A stretch of DNA of 58,950 bases from Candidatus Peribacteria bacterium (GTDB lineage Bacteria; Patescibacteriota; Gracilibacteria; UBA1369; UBA12463), in assembly GCA_943349045.1 (NCBI GenBank), contig CALQZC010000001.1, forward strand, positions 1 through 58,950, read 5' to 3'. Both the position numbers and the translations under genes were made by a program. Shown piece after piece: positions 39,621 to 49,196 of the stretch (position 1 is its first letter; every line of letters begins with the position of its first letter). A model generated the notes under the pieces. It was not told where the DNA came from, ran no database searches, and saw nothing but the letters and a program-made list of their open reading frames with translations.

Positions 39621-40631
39621 ATGGCTAAGCTTCGCACCGCAATCAATGGCTTCGGACGTATCGGACGCCTCATGTTCCGCGCAAACCTTGAAAAAAATCT
39701 GGTCGACATCGTCGCGATCAACGACTCGAACGGCCCAGAGGCCCTCGCCTACCTCCTCAAATACGACACCGCGCACGGCAAACTCGCCGCAGAAATCAAG
39801 TCCACCGAAAAATCAATTATTGTGAATGGCGTAGAGATCCCCTGTTTCCAGGAAAAAGAGCCAACAAAACTCCCATGGGCATCACTGAATATCGACATGG
39901 TATTCGAGGCAACTGGTGCGTTCACAAAAAGAGAAGATGCCGCGCAGCACCTCGCCGCCGGCGCCAAGCGCGTCATGATTACGGCTCCAGGAAAAGGCGT
40001 AGACGGCACATTCGTCTACGGCATCGATCACGAAACATTCGACCCAGCGAAACACATCATCTTCTCGAACGCCTCATGCACGACGAACTGTCTCGCTCCC
40101 CTCGCAAAAATTCTCAACGACAACTTCGGTATCGTCAAAGGGATGATAACGACGATTCACGCCTACACGAACGATCAGCGAGTTCTCGATCTCGCGCATA
40201 AAGATCTCCGACGTGGACGTGCAGCTGCCGCAAATATCATTCCAACGACGACGGGCGCAGCCTCTGCCATCGGCGAAGTCATTCCGGAACTCAAAGGAAA
40301 GCTCGACGGTCTCGCGCTACGAGTTCCCGTGATAGATGCCTCCATGACCGACCTCGTCTGTGAAGTCAGCAAGCCAACCACGAAAGAAGAGGTCAACGCC
40401 GCCTACCTCGCGGCATCTCAATCGCCACAATATAAAGACATCTTCGAGTACTGCACCGATCCAATCGTTTCATCCGACGTTATTCACAATCCAGCCTCAT
40501 GTGTCTTTGACTCACGACTCACGACCGTCGTCAGTGGCAATATGGTGAAAGTCATGGGCTGGTACGACAACGAGTGGGGCTACTCACATCGCCTGCTCGA
40601 CTTCGCGGGTTATATTGCGACGCGACTGTAA
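39621..40631 (+). CDS. gap: type I glyceraldehyde-3-phosphate dehydrogenase
   Basis: INGFGRIGR NAD-binding motif and SNASCTTNCLAP active site. Confidence 0.96.
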   Translation: MAKLRTAINGFGRIGRLMFRANLEKNLVDIVAINDSNGPEALAYLLKYDTAHGKLAAEIKSTEKSIIVNGVEIPCFQEKEPTKLPWASLNIDMVFEATGAFTKREDAAQHLAAGAKRVMITAPGKGVDGTFVYGIDHETFDPAKHIIFSNASCTTNCLAPLAKILNDNFGIVKGMITTIHAYTNDQRVLDLAHKDLRRGRAAAANIIPTTTGAASAIGEVIPELKGKLDGLALRVPVIDASMTDLVCEVSKPTTKEEVNAAYLAASQSPQYKDIFEYCTDPIVSSDVIHNPASCVFDSRLTTVVSGNMVKVMGWYDNEWGYSHRLLDFAGYIATRL

Positions 40632-40654
40632 GGAGCCTCTCACCCTCACTCACC

Positions 40655-41863
40655 ATGCATCACTCCTCGGAAAAAATCAGTACGCATCATGCGCACGACG
40701 AAGGCCGAATCTTCGCCTGGATGGCGCTGATTTCCAGTACAGGCTACTCGAGCTTTCTCACGATGCTTCCGATTGTTCTCGCGGAGAAACTTGGCAGCAA
40801 CGTCTATGTCGGCTACTACTTTTCCGTAATCGCGGTTGTCTCATTGCTGATCTCGCTCGGCAGCACGATCCTCTTAAAAAAATTCTCAAAAGTTTTTCTC
40901 ACGAAAGTAATTCTCACCTCGCTCTGCGCGATCTTCATCATCCTGACCTTCGCGACGAACATCTATAACTTCGCGATTATCGATATCACTCGAGTTACCT
41001 GCGTGACACTGTTCTTCATTATTCTCGCCATCTTCGTCCGTGACTTCGCCGCCGAAAAAGAGATTGCTCTTGCGGAAGGACGCTTCTACCTCTTCACGAA
41101 TATCGGCTGGGTCATCGGTCCAATCACGGGTGGCTTCATCGCGAAAACATTTGGAACCGAGTCGGCATTTATTTTCGCTGCGTTCTGCTACCTCGTACTC
41201 GCGATTCTTTTTTTCCATCAAAATCTGAAACTCAAAAACCCACATCTCCACATGCGTACGGAACTTGAAAAACCAAAAACAGGACTCGCCGAATTCTGGA
41301 AAAATCTCAAAGATTTCATACGACAAAAAGAGCTCCGCAACGCATTTCTCATCTCATTCGGCATGTATTTCTGGTGGTCAATCAGCTCGATCTACATGGC
41401 ACTCTCGCTCACCCAGCTCGGCTACTCACAACAAATCGTCGGCCTCGTATTTGCCCTGAGTGTCATACCGCTCATTCTCATTGAGTTCCATGCCACGGAC
41501 GGCGCAAAAAAATATGGCGTGAGAAATTTCCTCGTGATCGGCTACGCGCTTCTGAGTATATTTCTCCTCCTCTTCACACAGGCGGAAAGTAGCACCCTTA
41601 TTAAACTCATGATTCTCGTGAACATCGGCTCCGCCTTCATCGAGCCAAACAAAGAAATATTCTTTTTCAAACAGGTAAATAAAGAGGACGAAGAGCGTTT
41701 TTATGGGATATACAACGCCTCATATCCGATCGCCTACATCACGGCTCCAGCAGCCGGCTCCATCCTCCTCGCCAGCTTTGGAATGAATGGAATTTGGTTC
41801 GGAGGCGCTTTTGTGTTTATACTGATGACGTTCGTAGCGCTCTCTATAGACAAAAAATACTAA
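40655..41863 (+). CDS. MFS transporter
   Basis: About 400-aa protein with about 12 TM helices. I chose the start MHHSSEK at 40655, after the gap stop. Confidence 0.7.
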   Translation: MHHSSEKISTHHAHDEGRIFAWMALISSTGYSSFLTMLPIVLAEKLGSNVYVGYYFSVIAVVSLLISLGSTILLKKFSKVFLTKVILTSLCAIFIILTFATNIYNFAIIDITRVTCVTLFFIILAIFVRDFAAEKEIALAEGRFYLFTNIGWVIGPITGGFIAKTFGTESAFIFAAFCYLVLAILFFHQNLKLKNPHLHMRTELEKPKTGLAEFWKNLKDFIRQKELRNAFLISFGMYFWWSISSIYMALSLTQLGYSQQIVGLVFALSVIPLILIEFHATDGAKKYGVRNFLVIGYALLSIFLLLFTQAESSTLIKLMILVNIGSAFIEPNKEIFFFKQVNKEDEERFYGIYNASYPIAYITAPAAGSILLASFGMNGIWFGGAFVFILMTFVALSIDKKY

Positions 41864-41875
41864 CGCGCAAGCCGC

Positions 41876-42583
41876 ATGGATCGAAGAACCCAGGTACTGA
41901 AAGCCATTGTGCAGCACTTCATTTCGACAGCGGAGCCAGTAGGCTCCAATACGATTATCGTGAGCTACAAATTTCAGGTCTCCCCTGCCACAATTCGCAA
42001 CGAGATGGGCTCACTGGAAAAAGAGGGACTGATCTATCAACCCCACACGAGTTCAGGTCGTGTTCCAACCGAACTCGGATACCGTAAATACATCGAGGAA
42101 ATTGCTGACCATGAGGCAGCCAGAAAAAAAGCACACCTCCTCGTCACCGACGTCTGGCAGGAGTATCAGGCAGAAAAAGTTCGTGAAAAAATTTATGACA
42201 TCGTGAATTTACTCGCGCGCGCCACCGACAATGTCAGTTTCGCCACCACACCCGGCAACCGACGCACCTTTTTCCTGGGCCTCTCAAACATTCTCAAACA
42301 GCCAGAGTTTCAGCAGGACCCCAGCCGCGCCAGCCAGGTCGTCGAGATGCTCGAAAATGACGACAACTTCATCAACACCCTGAACTCACTCGGGATCATG
42401 GACGAGCCACAGGCCTTCATCGGTCAAGAAAATATTCTTCCACAAATTCAGTCGTGCTCAATTATTGTGGTACGATACGAATACGAAGGCTTCCAAGGAT
42501 ACCTCGGCCTCCTCGGCTCAACTCGGATGGATTACGCCTACAACATCGCCCTTTTGCAAGAAATTCTTAAACTCATCGACTAA
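41876..42583 (+). CDS. hrcA: heat-inducible transcription repressor HrcA (short form)
   Basis: RRTQVLKAIVQHFISTAEPVGSNTI winged-helix N-terminus. It lies directly upstream of grpE, and CIRCE sites are present in the window. Confidence 0.88.
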   Translation: MDRRTQVLKAIVQHFISTAEPVGSNTIIVSYKFQVSPATIRNEMGSLEKEGLIYQPHTSSGRVPTELGYRKYIEEIADHEAARKKAHLLVTDVWQEYQAEKVREKIYDIVNLLARATDNVSFATTPGNRRTFFLGLSNILKQPEFQQDPSRASQVVEMLENDDNFINTLNSLGIMDEPQAFIGQENILPQIQSCSIIVVRYEYEGFQGYLGLLGSTRMDYAYNIALLQEILKLID

Positions 42584-42584
42584 T

Positions 42585-43046
42585 ATGTCTGACGAAACCA
42601 CCACTCCACCAGAACAGGATATTGAACTCTTGAAATCTCAACTGGCCCAAATGACCGACACCTGCCGTCGCGCTCTCGCCGACCTCTCCAACTACAAAAA
42701 GTTCGTAGATGACCAACGCAAACAGGCCAGCTGGTATGGAATCGCCGAGATCATCAAAGACATTCTCCCGATCATCGACAACTTCGACCGAGCCCGTGAA
42801 CATGTGAAAGACGAAGGCATCGAAGCAATCTATCGCCAACTCACAGCCATTCTCCAAAAACACCGCGTTCAGCAAATAGAAACCATTGATAAACCTTTCA
42901 ATGCGACAGAGCACGAGGTACTTTCACAAGCACCCGGACCAGAAGGAGTTATCGTCGCCGAGTTCGAAAAGGGCTACACCATCGGTGGCCAAGTCCTCCG
43001 TCCAGCAAAAGTGATTGTCGGAAACGGACAGAACCCGGTAGAATAG
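42585..43046 (+). CDS. grpE: nucleotide exchange factor GrpE
   Basis: Start MSDETT lies 1 nt after the hrcA stop. The RALADLSNYKKF ... ILPIIDNFDRA motifs are typical of GrpE. Confidence 0.9.
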   Translation: MSDETTTPPEQDIELLKSQLAQMTDTCRRALADLSNYKKFVDDQRKQASWYGIAEIIKDILPIIDNFDRAREHVKDEGIEAIYRQLTAILQKHRVQQIETIDKPFNATEHEVLSQAPGPEGVIVAEFEKGYTIGGQVLRPAKVIVGNGQNPVE

Positions 43047-43050
43047 GGGC

Positions 43051-43473
43051 ATGAACATCCTGGATCAGGCAAAAACAGTCACATCATCAAAAAATCTCAA
43101 GTCAAAAATACTTGGAGACATTTCAACGATGTATCTTTTTGGGTCACAGGCAAAAGGAAAAGCGCGATCAGACTCAGACATTGATATTGGCGTCCTCTTA
43201 AACGAAAATATTCCAGAGAAAAAATACTTCGACCTGAAGCTCGATCTCATTGGTGAATTTTCGGGCATTTTCAATAGAAATGATATTGACGTTGTGATTC
43301 TCAATAACGCTCCAAATATTCTTGCTATGAATGTTATCTCAGAGGGGAAAGTTATTTTTTCCAAGGACAAAAAACTCCGCGTCGCCTTTGAGTGCGATGT
43401 GATGCGGCAATACTATGATCGTGAATATTACGAAAAAATGGCATTACATTATCTTATAAAACACAACGCATGA
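43051..43473 (+). CDS. mntA: MNT-type nucleotidyltransferase antitoxin (MntA-like)
   Basis: LFGSQAKGKARSDSDIDIGVLL, a GSx10-type NTase motif with DxD. It starts 4 nt after the grpE stop. Confidence 0.8.
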   Translation: MNILDQAKTVTSSKNLKSKILGDISTMYLFGSQAKGKARSDSDIDIGVLLNENIPEKKYFDLKLDLIGEFSGIFNRNDIDVVILNNAPNILAMNVISEGKVIFSKDKKLRVAFECDVMRQYYDREYYEKMALHYLIKHNA

Positions 43474-43907
43474 TAATGAAATACAGATCACTCAGCACGA
43501 AGATAGAGCAACTCAAAAAAATAACAGCAGAGCTTGAAAAGCTGCAAAAGAAGATCAATAAAAAAGAATTCCTATCAAGTCACATGGCGCGATGGGCTAT
43601 CGAAAGAGGCCTACAGTTAAGCCTGGAGGCCACACTCGATATTGCCAGCCATATAATTGGAGAAATGGAATTTGGGAAAGCGGAAAATTATAAAGAAAAT
43701 TTTGAGATTCTTGCCCGAGAAAAAATCCTCCCGGTCTCATTTGCCAAAAAATTCAAGGGTGCAGCTGGATTCAGAAATATTCTGGTTCATGATTATGTAG
43801 ACGTAGATCCGAAAAAAGTCTACGAACACTTCAAAAACGACAGCAAGGACATTAAAAAATTCGTAAACTACGTCAGTAAATGGCTTAAAAAGGGCGATTT
43901 ACTGTAA
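43470..43907 (+). CDS. hepT: HEPN (DUF86) toxin (HepT-like)
   Basis: RNILVHDY, the Rx4HxY HEPN motif. There is an ATGA start/stop overlap with the mntA-like gene. Confidence 0.8.
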   Translation: MIMKYRSLSTKIEQLKKITAELEKLQKKINKKEFLSSHMARWAIERGLQLSLEATLDIASHIIGEMEFGKAENYKENFEILAREKILPVSFAKKFKGAAGFRNILVHDYVDVDPKKVYEHFKNDSKDIKKFVNYVSKWLKKGDLL

Positions 43908-43911
43908 CATG

Positions 43912-44685
43912 CTACAGTTCCTTCCACGATTTCAAGAGGGCCTTAAACGACTTGAGGTTTTTTACATCGCTCGCAGGAAGACCCTTATAGGTTCCATCCA
44001 AAATGCCATCGAAGTATTTTTTCACGAGAGCCTCAGTTTTTTTGGCCTTCGCTTCGAGAACCGGAGGATTGAAATCATCAGTATCGTCATACTCAAATGG
44101 CTCAAGTTTCGTATAGGTGCCCTTCAAATTCAAAGAAAACTCAACGCCTGCATATCCAGGACCCTCGTTTACAAATGGAACAAACGTACGAACTCGAAAA
44201 ATAGGTCCACCAGCAGGTTGAAAATCGACATACTCATAGAGCATAAATGTCGGCTGACCAGCTACCGTTACCTTTTCGCACATCCACTGGACAACACCGG
44301 TACGCCATACAACCCAATCCGTACTGATCTTCTTTTCTAGCGGACAGAGTTCAACTAATGAGGTAAATTTCGCCACCTTCGGGGAAAAAATATTTGAATA
44401 CTCGAGTAATGGATTCTCAGTAAAGGTACTATAGTCACTCGTCAAAAGTCGCGCACGAAAGCCAACCTTCGGAAGCGTAATGTCATAATAAAATGCCTCT
44501 TCCTGCTTATCCTCGGTCTTATTGAACATTCTCAAGACATACTTGAGCTTTCCCCACGTCTTCGGGTAACTGAACGACGCCTGCGCCTCATCACTGATGT
44601 AGGTATTGAGGGAGACAGCGGCGGCCGTGCCAACAAGCTGGGTCATAAGCACTCCAACCAGAAGCAAAAGGGAGAATCGTTTCAT
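43912..44685 (-). CDS. secreted hypothetical protein
   Basis: Signal peptide MKRFSLLLLVGVLMTQLVGTAAAVS. 257 aa with no known motif. Confidence 0.6.
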   Translation of the reverse strand: MKRFSLLLLVGVLMTQLVGTAAAVSLNTYISDEAQASFSYPKTWGKLKYVLRMFNKTEDKQEEAFYYDITLPKVGFRARLLTSDYSTFTENPLLEYSNIFSPKVAKFTSLVELCPLEKKISTDWVVWRTGVVQWMCEKVTVAGQPTFMLYEYVDFQPAGGPIFRVRTFVPFVNEGPGYAGVEFSLNLKGTYTKLEPFEYDDTDDFNPPVLEAKAKKTEALVKKYFDGILDGTYKGLPASDVKNLKSFKALLKSWKEL

Positions 44686-44750
44686 AAAAAAAGTGGGGTA
44701 AAACTAGAAAAATTCTAGCATACCTGCTTCAAAAATCCAGAGTTTCTCTC

Positions 44751-44779
44751 TTGACGACCTCGAGTTAGCACTCTAAAAT
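44751..44779 (+). promoter_or_regulatory. dnaK promoter overlapping CIRCE
   Basis: TTGACG (44751..44756), 17-bp spacer, TAAAAT (44774..44779). The -10 lies in the CIRCE spacer. Confidence 0.7.
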
Positions 44780-44791
44780 AGTGAGTGCTAA
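44765..44791 (+). promoter_or_regulatory. CIRCE operator (HrcA site) of dnaK
   Basis: TTAGCACTC-TAAAATAGT-GAGTGCTAA, a perfect match to the consensus. Confidence 0.93.
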
Positions 44792-44826
44792 ATTTGAAGT
44801 CCCAACATAATTAACCCATTCATCCT

Positions 44827-46764
44827 ATGTCACGAATTATTGGAATCGATCTCGGAACCACCAACTCATGCGTCTCGGTCATGCAGGGCCAGGAGCCAAC
44901 CGTCGTGCCGAACACCGAAGGCATGCGAACCACTCCCTCAATGGTCGCCGTCTCGAAAGATGGTCAGCGTCTCGTCGGTATTCTCGCCAAGCGTCAAAAT
45001 GTCATGAACCCAGAAAACACGATTTACTCAGCGAAGCGTCTGATCGGTCGAATGTTCGACGAAATCAAGCCGCTCGTCGACAAGCTCTCGTATAAAGTCA
45101 TCAAAGGCAAAAATGGCGAGCCAGAAATCGTCCTCGATGGAAAAAACCGACAGCCACCAGAAATCTCCGCGATGGTCCTGCAGAAGCTCAAGGCCGACGC
45201 CGAAGCCTTCCTCGGAGAACCGGTGACAGAAGCCGTTATTACGGTTCCTGCCTACTTCAACGACTCACAGCGTCAGGCCACAAAAGATGCGGGTAAGATT
45301 GCAGGACTTGAGGTAAAAAGAATTATTAATGAGCCAACTGCTGCGGCTCTGGCCTACGGTCTCGACAAAAAGAACAAGGCTTCCAAAGTCGCTGTCTACG
45401 ATCTCGGTGGTGGTACCTTCGACGTCTCGATTCTCGATCTCGGTGATGGAGTGTTTGAAGTATTATCCACAAACGGTGACACCCAGCTCGGTGGTGATGA
45501 CTTCGACAACGCAATCGTTCACTACATTCTCAGCGAGTTCAAAAAGAGCGAGGGCATCGATCTTGCGAATGATAAGCTCTCGTTGCAGCGTATCCGTGAC
45601 GAGGCAGAAAAAGCCAAGTGCGAACTTTCCACGCTCCAGGAGCGAGAAATCAACCTCCCATACATCACCACAACCAGCGCCGGCCCAAAGCATCTCCAGA
45701 TAAAACTGAGCCGCGCCAAACTCGAAGATCTCGTGTCAGATCTGATCAAGCGAACCGAAGGCCCTTGTAAAAAAGCCATCGAAGACGCCGGCGTCAAACT
45801 CTCAGAGATCGACGAAATTATTCTCGTCGGTGGTCAGACCCGTATGCCAGCCGTCCAGGAGATGGTAAAAAAGATTTTCGGCAAAGAACCCCACAAAGGT
45901 ATCAACCCAGATGAAGTCGTCGCCATCGGTGCCGCCATCCAGGGTGGTGTCCTCATGGGCGATGTCAAAGACATTCTCCTCCTCGACGTCACTCCCCTTT
46001 CCCTCGGTCTCGAAACCCTCGGCGGTGTCATGACCAAACTCATCGAACGCAACACAACGGTCCCTACATCGAAATCCCAGGTCTTCTCGACCGCAGCCGA
46101 CAACCAGACTTCTGTCGAAGTCCACGTCTTGCAGGGTGAACGTCCAATGGCCCACGACAACAAGTCCCTCGGCCGCTTCCAGCTCGACGGCATCCCACCA
46201 GCCCCACGCGGTGTCCCACAGGTCGAAGTCACCTTTGACATCGACGCCAATGGAATTCTCCACGTGAAGGCTATCGAAAAGGCTACAAATAAAGAACAGA
46301 AAATTACTATTTCCGGCACATCGAATATGAGCGAAGCCGAAATCGAAAAGATGCGCAAAGAAGCCGAACAGTACGCCGAAGAAGACAAGAAACGCTTAGA
46401 AGAAATCGAGATGCGCAACAAGTCTGAGTCGTTGGTGCTCCAATCTGAAAAAACGTTGAAAGAAGTCGGCGACAAGGTCGGTGATGACATCAAAAAGCCA
46501 ATCACCGAAAAAATCGACGAACTCAAGAAAGTGCTTGAAAACAAGGATTCTCCAATGGAGACGCTGAAGGTTGCGTATGATTCGTTGTCAGAAGAGTTGC
46601 AGAAAGTTGGTAGCGAACTCTACAAGCACATGGGCCAAGATCAGGCCGCCACAGGCGCAGGCGCTGAAGGTGGAGCTACGGACGACGGTGTCCGCGTCAA
46701 AGACAACAACAAGAAGGATGATGTTGTTGAGGGAGAGGTGGTGGATGAGGGGAAGAAGGAGTAA
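44827..46764 (+). CDS. dnaK: molecular chaperone DnaK
   Basis: [20 protein letters not shown] and the full Hsp70 architecture, 645 aa. Confidence 0.97.
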   Translation: MSRIIGIDLGTTNSCVSVMQGQEPTVVPNTEGMRTTPSMVAVSKDGQRLVGILAKRQNVMNPENTIYSAKRLIGRMFDEIKPLVDKLSYKVIKGKNGEPEIVLDGKNRQPPEISAMVLQKLKADAEAFLGEPVTEAVITVPAYFNDSQRQATKDAGKIAGLEVKRIINEPTAAALAYGLDKKNKASKVAVYDLGGGTFDVSILDLGDGVFEVLSTNGDTQLGGDDFDNAIVHYILSEFKKSEGIDLANDKLSLQRIRDEAEKAKCELSTLQEREINLPYITTTSAGPKHLQIKLSRAKLEDLVSDLIKRTEGPCKKAIEDAGVKLSEIDEIILVGGQTRMPAVQEMVKKIFGKEPHKGINPDEVVAIGAAIQGGVLMGDVKDILLLDVTPLSLGLETLGGVMTKLIERNTTVPTSKSQVFSTAADNQTSVEVHVLQGERPMAHDNKSLGRFQLDGIPPAPRGVPQVEVTFDIDANGILHVKAIEKATNKEQKITISGTSNMSEAEIEKMRKEAEQYAEEDKKRLEEIEMRNKSESLVLQSEKTLKEVGDKVGDDIKKPITEKIDELKKVLENKDSPMETLKVAYDSLSEELQKVGSELYKHMGQDQAATGAGAEGGATDDGVRVKDNNKKDDVVEGEVVDEGKKE

Positions 46765-46788
46765 ACAATTATATAATCAATTTAAAAA

Positions 46789-47148
46789 ATGGACCTTAAG
46801 GAATTCGTTAAAAATGTACTAAAAGACACCATCGATGCCGTGGAAGAAATACGCAAAGAATCAAGTAGAGACATGTATCTGGTAGGCGGAAGCGATGAAA
46901 GAACTATTGAATTCGATATTGCCGTTACGGCGGAAGACTCCACGAGCGGATCCGGAAGAGCTGGAATCAAAGTATTTCAAGTTATCGAAGGAAGTACCGA
47001 CATGTCGAAAGAGGTAAAAAATTCAACCATAAGCCGGATTCAATTCGGAGTGTCTATCAATCGATGGACAAAAACGGAAGAAAGACAACACGAAGCAAAT
47101 GCTCATGCAGCACAGAATAGCCTGGACTCTTATAATTCCACCTTCTAA
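46789..47148 (+). CDS. small protein, possibly trypco2-family-like
   Basis: An N-terminal helix (MDLKEFVKNVLKDTIDAVEEIRKE) is followed by beta-like segments (TIEFDIAVTAE...GIKVFQVIEG...ISRIQFGVSI). This resembles the layout I remember for trypco2 proteins. The assignment is weak. Confidence 0.4.
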   Translation: MDLKEFVKNVLKDTIDAVEEIRKESSRDMYLVGGSDERTIEFDIAVTAEDSTSGSGRAGIKVFQVIEGSTDMSKEVKNSTISRIQFGVSINRWTKTEERQHEANAHAAQNSLDSYNSTF

Positions 47149-47197
47149 TAGCTCATCGTACGAAAAATGAGGAAGGGGAAGACTATTGATTATAAAA

Positions 47198-47611
47198 TTA
47201 ACCCAACCCCACCTCCTTCACATGCCCCATAATCCACTGCGTCTCAGACTGCTTCTTCGGCACATGCCCTTTGCCATACACCAGCAGCACGACAATCTTT
47301 CCTGTGCGATTCGATAAAGAAAAAATGACGCGATTACCGCTCCCCTTCGGTGAAAACTCAGTACCAGCCACACGAAAATCCAGTTTGAAAATTCCCTCAT
47401 CTGCCTCAAAAGAAAACTTCAGAACATCGATTAAGGACGTTCCGCCAACTCCAAATGCACGCTCAAGTGTCTCGCCAATAGTTCTACGCGTCTCAACCCA
47501 CTGCCGACCTTTATATTTCTTGCCAAAATCCTTGCAGAAGTGCGCCTCGGCATACGCAGAAAATTCCACCTGAAAAACAAGATCTTTAATAAACATTTTC
47601 TGGTGACTCAT
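47198..47611 (-). CDS. RelE/ParE-superfamily-like putative toxin
   Basis: VFQVEFSAYAEAHFCKDF at the N-terminus and FKLDFRVAG...GNRVIFSLSNRTGKIVVLLVYGKGH at the C-terminus follow the RelE/ParE layout. It overlaps the 3-prime end of the upstream HTH-Panacea gene. Possible starts lie at 47611 and 47596. Confidence 0.5.
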   Translation of the reverse strand: MSHQKMFIKDLVFQVEFSAYAEAHFCKDFGKKYKGRQWVETRRTIGETLERAFGVGGTSLIDVLKFSFEADEGIFKLDFRVAGTEFSPKGSGNRVIFSLSNRTGKIVVLLVYGKGHVPKKQSETQWIMGHVKEVGLG

Positions 47612-48287
47612 TATTGATAAGCGCATACGGAATCACTTCACGATCACGACAAACCTTCCACGGAATCTGCTGATGCGTAAACTCAACAATCGCATTGGTA
47701 CTGGCCTTTCTCCACTTCTTGCAAACCGCCCGAACCACAGCAAGCTCTCCTTTATCGAGTAAACCATCGTCCGGCTGCTCAAGGAGTGAGACCATGATCG
47801 CCTTATCTTTCTTCTCAACACAAATCGATTCATTCGTATCCAAAATATCAAAAAACTCGATCGCCACGGGCCCCTGCGCCAGCTTATGATACTGCAACCC
47901 GGAAATCGGCTTCAAAAACTTATAATACGAAGCAAAATCAGACAAATACACAAGCTTCGCCAACTTCGTCTTCGTAATTTTCCCATCGTCATCCGCACCA
48001 TATTTAATACACAAAAGCACGAGATGTAAAAATTTCTGAAAAGCCTTTTCACCAAAATCACGAGCAGCTACCTTCTCATACGGCACCAAGGTATCATCCA
48101 AAAGTATCTCGAGTGGAATATCAAACAACTTCGCCAAAGTCTTCAGCTCTGTCACCGTCAAATCCCGTTCACCCTTCTCCACCGCCACCAGCGTCGGCCT
48201 CGACATCCCCAACTCCTTCGCCAACTCCTCCTGCGACACCCCCGTTGCCTTCCGCAATTTCATCACAACATCCTGCATATATTTCAT
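47586..48287 (-). CDS. XRE-HTH + DUF4065 (Panacea/SocA-like) putative antitoxin
   Basis: The HTH is LRKATGVSQEELAKELGMSRPTLVAVEKGERDL. It is followed by KTKLAKLVYLSDFASYYKFLKPISGLQYHKLAQGPV, typical of the DUF4065 domain. Confidence 0.7.
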   Translation of the reverse strand: MKYMQDVVMKLRKATGVSQEELAKELGMSRPTLVAVEKGERDLTVTELKTLAKLFDIPLEILLDDTLVPYEKVAARDFGEKAFQKFLHLVLLCIKYGADDDGKITKTKLAKLVYLSDFASYYKFLKPISGLQYHKLAQGPVAIEFFDILDTNESICVEKKDKAIMVSLLEQPDDGLLDKGELAVVRAVCKKWRKASTNAIVEFTHQQIPWKVCRDREVIPYALINNESPENVY

Positions 48288-48315
48288 AAATAGATTGATT
48301 AGGTGAGGTAAGAAA

Positions 48316-48345
48316 AGTATACCCCAAATTGGAGTGGAATGTCAA
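48316..48345 (-). promoter_or_regulatory. promoter of the HTH-Panacea operon
   Basis: On the minus strand: TTGACA (48345..48340), 18-bp spacer, TATACT (48321..48316). Confidence 0.5.
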
Positions 48346-48414
48346 AAGAATATACAATTATACGTAATTTGTTATATTTTATGGTATATTTGTAAGGAAA
48401 ATTTACAAATAGTA

Positions 48415-49176
48415 TTATTCAGAATGCTCCTCCAAATACTCAATATGCGCCGTTGAAAACTCATGAATTCCATCGCTATCATCAATAAGCTCAGAAAGAA
48501 GCTCTTCTTCAAAAGATTCAAAAATCACAATAATCTGCTCCTTCATATCAGAATCAAAAGTCTCCCACTGTTTCATCGTACGGCGCATCACCTCACAAAA
48601 AGCTGCCATCATCTCACCAGCACAAAAATACGGATCAAAATTACGACGAACCGACCATCCACCAATATCATCAAGTAAGCGCACAATATCTTCCAACGTT
48701 AACGTACCATCAGCCATTTTTGGTTTATCGGGCAATCGAGCATGTGGTCTACCCCAACCACGCTGCTCAGCAGCAAAACGTATAACATCCAAATCTGCGT
48801 TCAAAGGATCACGAAAAGCACTCATAATCTCCGCATGAGAAATATCAGGAGGAGGAATGGCAACATCTTGAACCTCATCACCCGAAGGACGCGTAATTCC
48901 CCGCTGCTCATCCCACAGAATCGCAAGCGCAATCTCATGTTTACAAAAATCAGCAACAGGACAACTACAAGAACGACTGAGACCCCCATGCTTAAAAGCA
49001 AGCCTCACCGCATAATCTTGAGTACCATGAGCAACAGCATCAATCGATGTATCATCAAAACGCACCGGCACAACCTTCCCTTCACGAACATACTGCTCCC
49101 CTCTCCGCCAACTCTCAACCCCCGAGCGATACAACAACATCCGCGCAGCAGACAGTATGGATGGTTTATCAGTCAT
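48415..49176 (-). CDS. SWIM zinc-finger domain protein
   Basis: CSCPVADFCKHEIA, the CxCxnCxH SWIM signature, sits after an N-terminal beta-rich segment. The C-terminal 150 aa are unassigned. Confidence 0.7.
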   Translation of the reverse strand: MTDKPSILSAARMLLYRSGVESWRRGEQYVREGKVVPVRFDDTSIDAVAHGTQDYAVRLAFKHGGLSRSCSCPVADFCKHEIALAILWDEQRGITRPSGDEVQDVAIPPPDISHAEIMSAFRDPLNADLDVIRFAAEQRGWGRPHARLPDKPKMADGTLTLEDIVRLLDDIGGWSVRRNFDPYFCAGEMMAAFCEVMRRTMKQWETFDSDMKEQIIVIFESFEEELLSELIDDSDGIHEFSTAHIEYLEEHSE

Positions 49177-49196
49177 GGCTCAAGATTAGGGTTGAA

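Noticed and set aside
45834-46544. 236-aa minus-strand ORF
   Set aside because: It is antisense to dnaK. The Ser/Phe-rich composition is typical of a shadow frame.
48296-48310. CTCACCTAAT in the HTH-Panacea leader as a further copy of the shared operator
   Set aside because: Only one half-site is present, with no GGTGAG partner at the right spacing. An 8-mer match is expected by chance about once or twice in a window this size.
48388-48410. ATTTGTAA-N7-TTACAAAT hairpin as terminator of the SWIM gene
   Set aside because: The stem is A/T-only and is not followed by a T-run on the transcribed strand. It may be an operator or chance palindrome, so I did not list it as a feature.
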